Positions 35,860 to 40,000 of a DNA stretch of 40,000 nt are shown piece by piece (position 1 is the stretch's first letter; each line of letters opens with the position of its first letter). The DNA comes from Aeromonas phage AhC3_1: the sequence record PV158447.1; one strand, written 5' to 3'. The position numbers and the translations under genes were made by a program. Below the pieces are notes generated by a model that was not told the DNA's origin, searched no databases, and worked only from the letters and a program-made list of their open reading frames with translations.

Positions 35860-35899
35860 CCAGTTCAATTTTAACTAATTCAAATTAAGGATTTTCAAC

Positions 35900-36658
35900 A
35901 TGTCTAACCAACAACAATTCCAACGCCGCCCCGATACCATGTTCAACGATTTCCGTTACCCGATGCCCGCTTCTTCTGCCCCCGTAGAAGGCGCCAAATA
36001 CCCAGCTCGTTGGACTTGGAGTTTCGGTCTGGATGGCAAGATCTATTTCAAAGTGAATGACGGGGTGTTCGGTAAAGATGATCGCAATGCCAAGCTGAAA
36101 GAAGTACATCTGTCGAACATGGACCGTAACGCTTTGTTCAACCTGATGAAAGAAGCGATCAATGATCCTAACTTCACCCGTGGGATCTATTATGTCAAAC
36201 AGATCACCTTCGGTAATGGCGGGCGTCTGAATGATCATGCTTCTACTCTGGGTTCGTTTACCGTCATCCGTACCAAAGAAGGTGCAATCAACGTAGGTTA
36301 CACTAAAGGTACCTACAAGGTGATGTTCGAATTCAAATCCCCGTACGAATCCATCATCATGGTTCAGAAAGATGGTGAAGCTGTCGAAGACAAAGGGTTG
36401 ATGTCCCGTGTCTACGTAAAGGCTTTCATCGACTATAGCCAGAAGTTCTGCGATCAGTACGAGTGGGATAACTACAAACCTCGTGAACGTAGAGACGCCA
36501 ATGGCGGCGGTAACGGCGGCGGTGGCAATAACTGGGGCGGCGGTAATGGCCGTGGTAACGGCGGCGGTGGCAATAACTGGGGCGGAAACAATAATGGCGG
36601 CGGTAATAATGGTCGTCAAGATTCTGCTCCCGATTTTGATGACGATATCGAATTTTAA
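35900..36658 (+). CDS. single-stranded DNA-binding-like protein (252 aa)
   Basis: N-terminal globular region, Gly/Asn/Trp-rich linker (GGNGGGGNNWGGGNGRGNGGGGNNWGG), terminal acidic tip DFDDDIEF matching the DDDI-x-F pattern of bacterial SSB tails. Confidence 0.72.
   Translation: MSNQQQFQRRPDTMFNDFRYPMPASSAPVEGAKYPARWTWSFGLDGKIYFKVNDGVFGKDDRNAKLKEVHLSNMDRNALFNLMKEAINDPNFTRGIYYVKQITFGNGGRLNDHASTLGSFTVIRTKEGAINVGYTKGTYKVMFEFKSPYESIIMVQKDGEAVEDKGLMSRVYVKAFIDYSQKFCDQYEWDNYKPRERRDANGGGNGGGGNNWGGGNGRGNGGGGNNWGGNNNGGGNNGRQDSAPDFDDDIEF
36508..36584 (+). repeat. in-frame direct repeat in the linker (32-nt exact unit, period 45)
   Basis: GGTAACGGCGGCGGTGGCAATAACTGGGGCGG at 36508-36539 and 36553-36584. 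Confidence 0.85.
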
Positions 36659-36663
36659 TTGAC

Positions 36664-36689
36664 AAGGTGAGGGCTTCGGCTCTCACCTT
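36664..36689 (+). terminator. terminator with cTTCGg tetraloop
   Basis: AAGGTGAGGGC-TTCG-GCTCTCACCTT followed by TAGCTTTTTTG. Confidence 0.88.
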
Positions 36690-36704
36690 TAGCTTTTTTG
36701 TCTT

Positions 36705-36737
36705 TCTATATATTTTCAGACAGATATTATTGTTATG
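36705..36737 (+). promoter_or_regulatory. conserved 33-nt intergenic element, copy 8
   Basis: TCTATATATTTTCAGACAGATATTATTGTTATG. Confidence 0.78.
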
Positions 36738-36775
36738 TAAAGCTAAGAAAATTTATTAGGTGAGGAGACTTAGTA

Positions 36776-38362
36776 ATGATTTTCAGTACTTCTATGTCGG
36801 GAAAGAAAAAGATAGATGCAGTCGTTGTGGAACACAATGGAGAGACCATTCGGTTCTCTGGTTCAGCGGGGGTCAATGGGGGGAATGCGGATGAGAACTT
36901 GTTTGAGTTTATGAACGAGTTCTTTGAAGGCTGTAACACCAGTAAACTGGATCAACTGTGGGAAGAGTTCAAAGCAGCTAAACGGATTCTGTCACCAGGA
37001 TATTTTAACGAAGAAGAAACAGAAGAGACACTCAAGATCCGACAAGATGGTCTGAATTACGAGTTCCTCACTTCAGAACTTCAAGTGATCATCAAGCGGA
37101 TGTACGGAATCATTCACCCCACTGAAATCATGTACGCTGCTCAAGTAACTGGTCGTTGCGTGGCCCCGAAAGATTTGATGATCATGGCCTCCTTAGGAGA
37201 TTATCCAGAAGAGACAACGATCAACAATGAGAAGTACAGTGAGCTTTGTAAACTGGCATTTGTTGGACAGTTAAGCTATCCGATCTTCCACGAACTGCTT
37301 GATCAAATCTACAGTGTCACTGGGAAAGACTATCAGTACGCCGTGGCAGGTGGGATGCTGAACCACATCGGGTACTTCCAAGATCTGGAAGGTTGGAAAG
37401 TGATGGACACTTACGTCAGGGCGAGTTGTGCACGCCAAGAAGCGCGCCGTAACTCTCTGGAAGTGGTTTCCGAAACTCGCTATGTTAACCACATCGTTTT
37501 CCGTGGGCTGTTCAATAAACTCTGTCTTTCTTTTATCCCGAGTAAGATCAAGGATAAGAACCTGAGTAAAGAACTGAACAGTTTGGTGGAGGGTGAAATT
37601 CGTCGGGATCAGGCAATTAAGTTCAACCCACTGGACAAATCCAAGCCAGGTGCGGAAGAACAATCTATTCCTGAATCATTCCGAATCGCCCAAGCAGTTA
37701 ACGCTGCTGATGAACTAGCGCAATGTGAGTTCTTTACCTTTGGAATGTTTGATGAGAAAGATGAACCCCGGTATAAGGATTTCTTTAAGTATCAATGTTT
37801 AGCACTGGGGATCAACGACCAACAAACTGCCGAACGGATATTTGATAGTCTTCCTACCATGTGGGATTTCCGATACACTGCAATCCATAACAAACTGCTG
37901 GGTTTGGTATTCCGTGACAAGGTCAATTATTACCTGTATCCAGCAATGGATCGTCGACAGCTTATGGCAGCTATTTCATTGGCAGAACAGAAGTTGTTTG
38001 AAATGGGTTTCGAGCACCTTGCCCCGCTCTGCGGTGTGGTTCGGAATCCGAACGGCCCGATCACGTACATGATCGACGAGTTTAAACTCAATACAGCTGA
38101 ACGAGACGCTCTTTGCAAGCTTTGTTATGTCTACGACGGACAGAGTACTGCTAGCGTTGACAACTTGCTTGTAAAAGACGTACAATCGTTTTTAGACGAA
38201 CTGGGAGGGTCATCTTGGGAGAGTAACATCGAGCCTGGTTTGTTGGGTAATGAAAACTACGTTAAAGCCATGAGCCCAGGTGACTTGTATCCAGTAGAAC
38301 TTTCTGTGGAAATAAAGAAGGAACTCTTGGAACTGGTCACCATGATGAACACTGAACTTTAA
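36776..38362 (+). CDS. conserved phage protein (528 aa), possible gp68-like fifth subunit of the non-virion RNAP
   Basis: Length close to the phiKZ gp68 subunit and relative position after the shell gene and beta-prime gene; no diagnostic motif. Confidence 0.4.
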   Translation: MIFSTSMSGKKKIDAVVVEHNGETIRFSGSAGVNGGNADENLFEFMNEFFEGCNTSKLDQLWEEFKAAKRILSPGYFNEEETEETLKIRQDGLNYEFLTSELQVIIKRMYGIIHPTEIMYAAQVTGRCVAPKDLMIMASLGDYPEETTINNEKYSELCKLAFVGQLSYPIFHELLDQIYSVTGKDYQYAVAGGMLNHIGYFQDLEGWKVMDTYVRASCARQEARRNSLEVVSETRYVNHIVFRGLFNKLCLSFIPSKIKDKNLSKELNSLVEGEIRRDQAIKFNPLDKSKPGAEEQSIPESFRIAQAVNAADELAQCEFFTFGMFDEKDEPRYKDFFKYQCLALGINDQQTAERIFDSLPTMWDFRYTAIHNKLLGLVFRDKVNYYLYPAMDRRQLMAAISLAEQKLFEMGFEHLAPLCGVVRNPNGPITYMIDEFKLNTAERDALCKLCYVYDGQSTASVDNLLVKDVQSFLDELGGSSWESNIEPGLLGNENYVKAMSPGDLYPVELSVEIKKELLELVTMMNTEL

Positions 38363-38381
38363 GTTATTTAGGAGATAAAGA

Positions 38382-39905
38382 ATGCAACTGATCAAAGCAA
38401 CTGTCGGTCTGACCAACTACTACGTAAACCAAGTTATCCGTTCTGCAACTGTCGATATCGGGTCCACTGTTACCGACCAACTGGTGGCCGATAACATGAT
38501 GGGTGGAATCAGTCAATCTACTATCATGCAAGCAGCCGCAATGTCTGGTTGTCTGAATGGTCAGGCGGAAGCATTCGCTGGGATCAATGGTGGATGGAAC
38601 GAATCCAAAGGTCTGATGAAACTGGACTTTATCGTGGTTGATAACGTGGTCCACGTGGAATATCTGCACGTTATCGGTTATATCATCAATAACCACCATG
38701 ATACCGGTCTGACCGAAGACGCGGTCTTTATTCCACAGTTCTCTTGGAAGTCTACTGAGAACAACGTGGGGTCTGGTGATCTCGGAGTTCCAACAGCAAT
38801 CCGTCGCTCTCTGAGTAACCGGAATGACTACCTTCTGTCTGACGGTGTTTCTAACCAGGGCGCCTATTCACTTCGTCCTACCGACATCTTCGAAAGTGCA
38901 ATGAACAAAGGGAGCCGTAAAGACATTGAAGAACGGATGGCAGAAGAGTTTGAAATGGGTGATCAACCGTTCACCCCAATGGTGATGTCTGCCGCTGCCG
39001 ATATTGGGCGCGTGGGTGTGGTTGCATCCAACCGTTCTAACATGAACCCGACACTGTACGCACAACAGCTATTGAGTGGTTCCCTGAACTACAGTACCAG
39101 GATTAAAAGTTATGCTGGATCTGGTTACGGCGATCAGGAAACACAAGGTCTGAACGAAGGTCAGTTGGGGGAGTTGGCTAACTGCACCCATGCATCAGCC
39201 AACCGTGAACCGCAAATCCTCCGGGATGAGTTCTTTGCTGACATGATGCAGGGCATGGGGAATGCTTATCTGCGTGGATTCCGTGGTTACACCATCATGG
39301 ATATTCTTCGCATGTACGAAAACTTCGAAGAGGTAGTCGACATGACCTTCTTTGATGCCGCTATGTATCCTCCTGCCGACACCACAATGACTGGTGAGAA
39401 CATGGGGACGTCAAGCACTGGTGAATTGGTTGCTCACCAAGTGATGTTCAACATTTCTGATCTCCTGAGTCGCCATGGACTGGCTGCTATCTCAATCGAA
39501 GGTTCTAACTGCGACGGAATGGTTAATGATGGGCAACTCGGTAACGTAGCACTTGTTCCCTTTAACCCGACTTCTCTGGAGAATGATGACTGGCAACTAG
39601 GCCAGAAAGCAGAACAACTCACAGATGACCTTACTAACCAAATCTTCATGCGTTTGAACGGTGAGACTGGCCGGCACATCACTCCTGTCCGTATTCGTAT
39701 CGATGCGGAATTGATGGGTTCTACTGTTATCAACTTGACAGTGGTGGATGATCGAAACATAACCATGGGCGCTGGGACTTATGAGAAAACCTGGACCTTC
39801 CCTACATTCGCTCTAAACAGTGCAAGTTCCGTGGTGGGTGATAGTGAAACTTCTCTTCAGAAAGGCGCTAACCTGTACGACAATATCATGTCTTATTTCT
39901 CCTAA
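38382..39905 (+). CDS. conserved hypothetical protein (507 aa)
   Basis: Long ORF with TTAGGAG RBS. Confidence 0.9.
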   Translation: MQLIKATVGLTNYYVNQVIRSATVDIGSTVTDQLVADNMMGGISQSTIMQAAAMSGCLNGQAEAFAGINGGWNESKGLMKLDFIVVDNVVHVEYLHVIGYIINNHHDTGLTEDAVFIPQFSWKSTENNVGSGDLGVPTAIRRSLSNRNDYLLSDGVSNQGAYSLRPTDIFESAMNKGSRKDIEERMAEEFEMGDQPFTPMVMSAAADIGRVGVVASNRSNMNPTLYAQQLLSGSLNYSTRIKSYAGSGYGDQETQGLNEGQLGELANCTHASANREPQILRDEFFADMMQGMGNAYLRGFRGYTIMDILRMYENFEEVVDMTFFDAAMYPPADTTMTGENMGTSSTGELVAHQVMFNISDLLSRHGLAAISIEGSNCDGMVNDGQLGNVALVPFNPTSLENDDWQLGQKAEQLTDDLTNQIFMRLNGETGRHITPVRIRIDAELMGSTVINLTVVDDRNITMGAGTYEKTWTFPTFALNSASSVVGDSETSLQKGANLYDNIMSYFS

Positions 39906-39937
39906 TCAAAATACAACTCTCAAAGGAATAAAAGAAA

Positions 39938-40000
39938 ATGAATGAACTGAATTTGATCTATGCTGCTATGCTCGCTTCCTGGAACACTTCTTTCACCGCT
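39938..40000 (+). CDS. 5-prime-partial-window gene start (continues past the window)
   Basis: AAAGGAATAAAAGAAA-ATG, translation MNELNLIYAAMLASWNTSFTA open to the window end. Confidence 0.65.
   Translation, partial: MNELNLIYAAMLASWNTSFTA

Noticed and set aside
36508-36584. 32-nt repeats considered as possible CRISPR or iterons
   Set aside because: Only two copies, in frame within a coding linker, no spacers.
35885-36686. Minus-strand ORFs opposite the SSB-like gene, one rich in Arg/Tyr/His
   Set aside because: Composition is the antisense of the Gly/Asn linker repeats.
1-40000. Transposon, integrase, restriction-modification, toxin-antitoxin or retron signatures
   Set aside because: No recognisable motifs found by eye in any of the ORF translations supplied.

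Overview
This window looks like a 40 kb segment of a nucleus-forming (phiKZ-like, Chimalliviridae-type) jumbo phage genome. It is gene-dense and almost entirely plus-strand. The most supportable landmarks are: a PhuZ-type phage tubulin (19277-20227); a family-B DNA polymerase fragment with DTDS motif C but no visible exonuclease domain or motif A (23115-25175); one isolated minus-strand gene (25243-26325); a large GC-rich gene proposed as the nuclear-shell protein chimallin/ChmA (26587-28566); a multisubunit RNA polymerase beta-prime N-terminal-type subunit with NADFDGD (28723-30312); an Acb1-like 2H phosphoesterase, i.e. an anti-CBASS candidate (31392-31886); an SbcD/Mre11-like phosphoesterase (33924-35060); an SSB-like protein ending in DFDDDIEF (35900-36658); and a possible fifth nvRNAP subunit (36776-38362). 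The left half is mostly orphan genes of 100-300 aa. A tRNA-Leu(TAA) with encoded CCA lies on the minus strand at 608-693. Non-coding highlights are eight gap-free 33-nt copies of an intergenic AT-rich element (promoter candidate, usually just after a terminator hairpin), a contiguous three-hairpin array followed by a two-unit tandem structured element (1330-1672), and related long non-coding regions at about 7235-7791 and 10780-11218. No CRISPR array, transposase or integrase was seen. All homology calls were made by eye from motifs; no database search was run.
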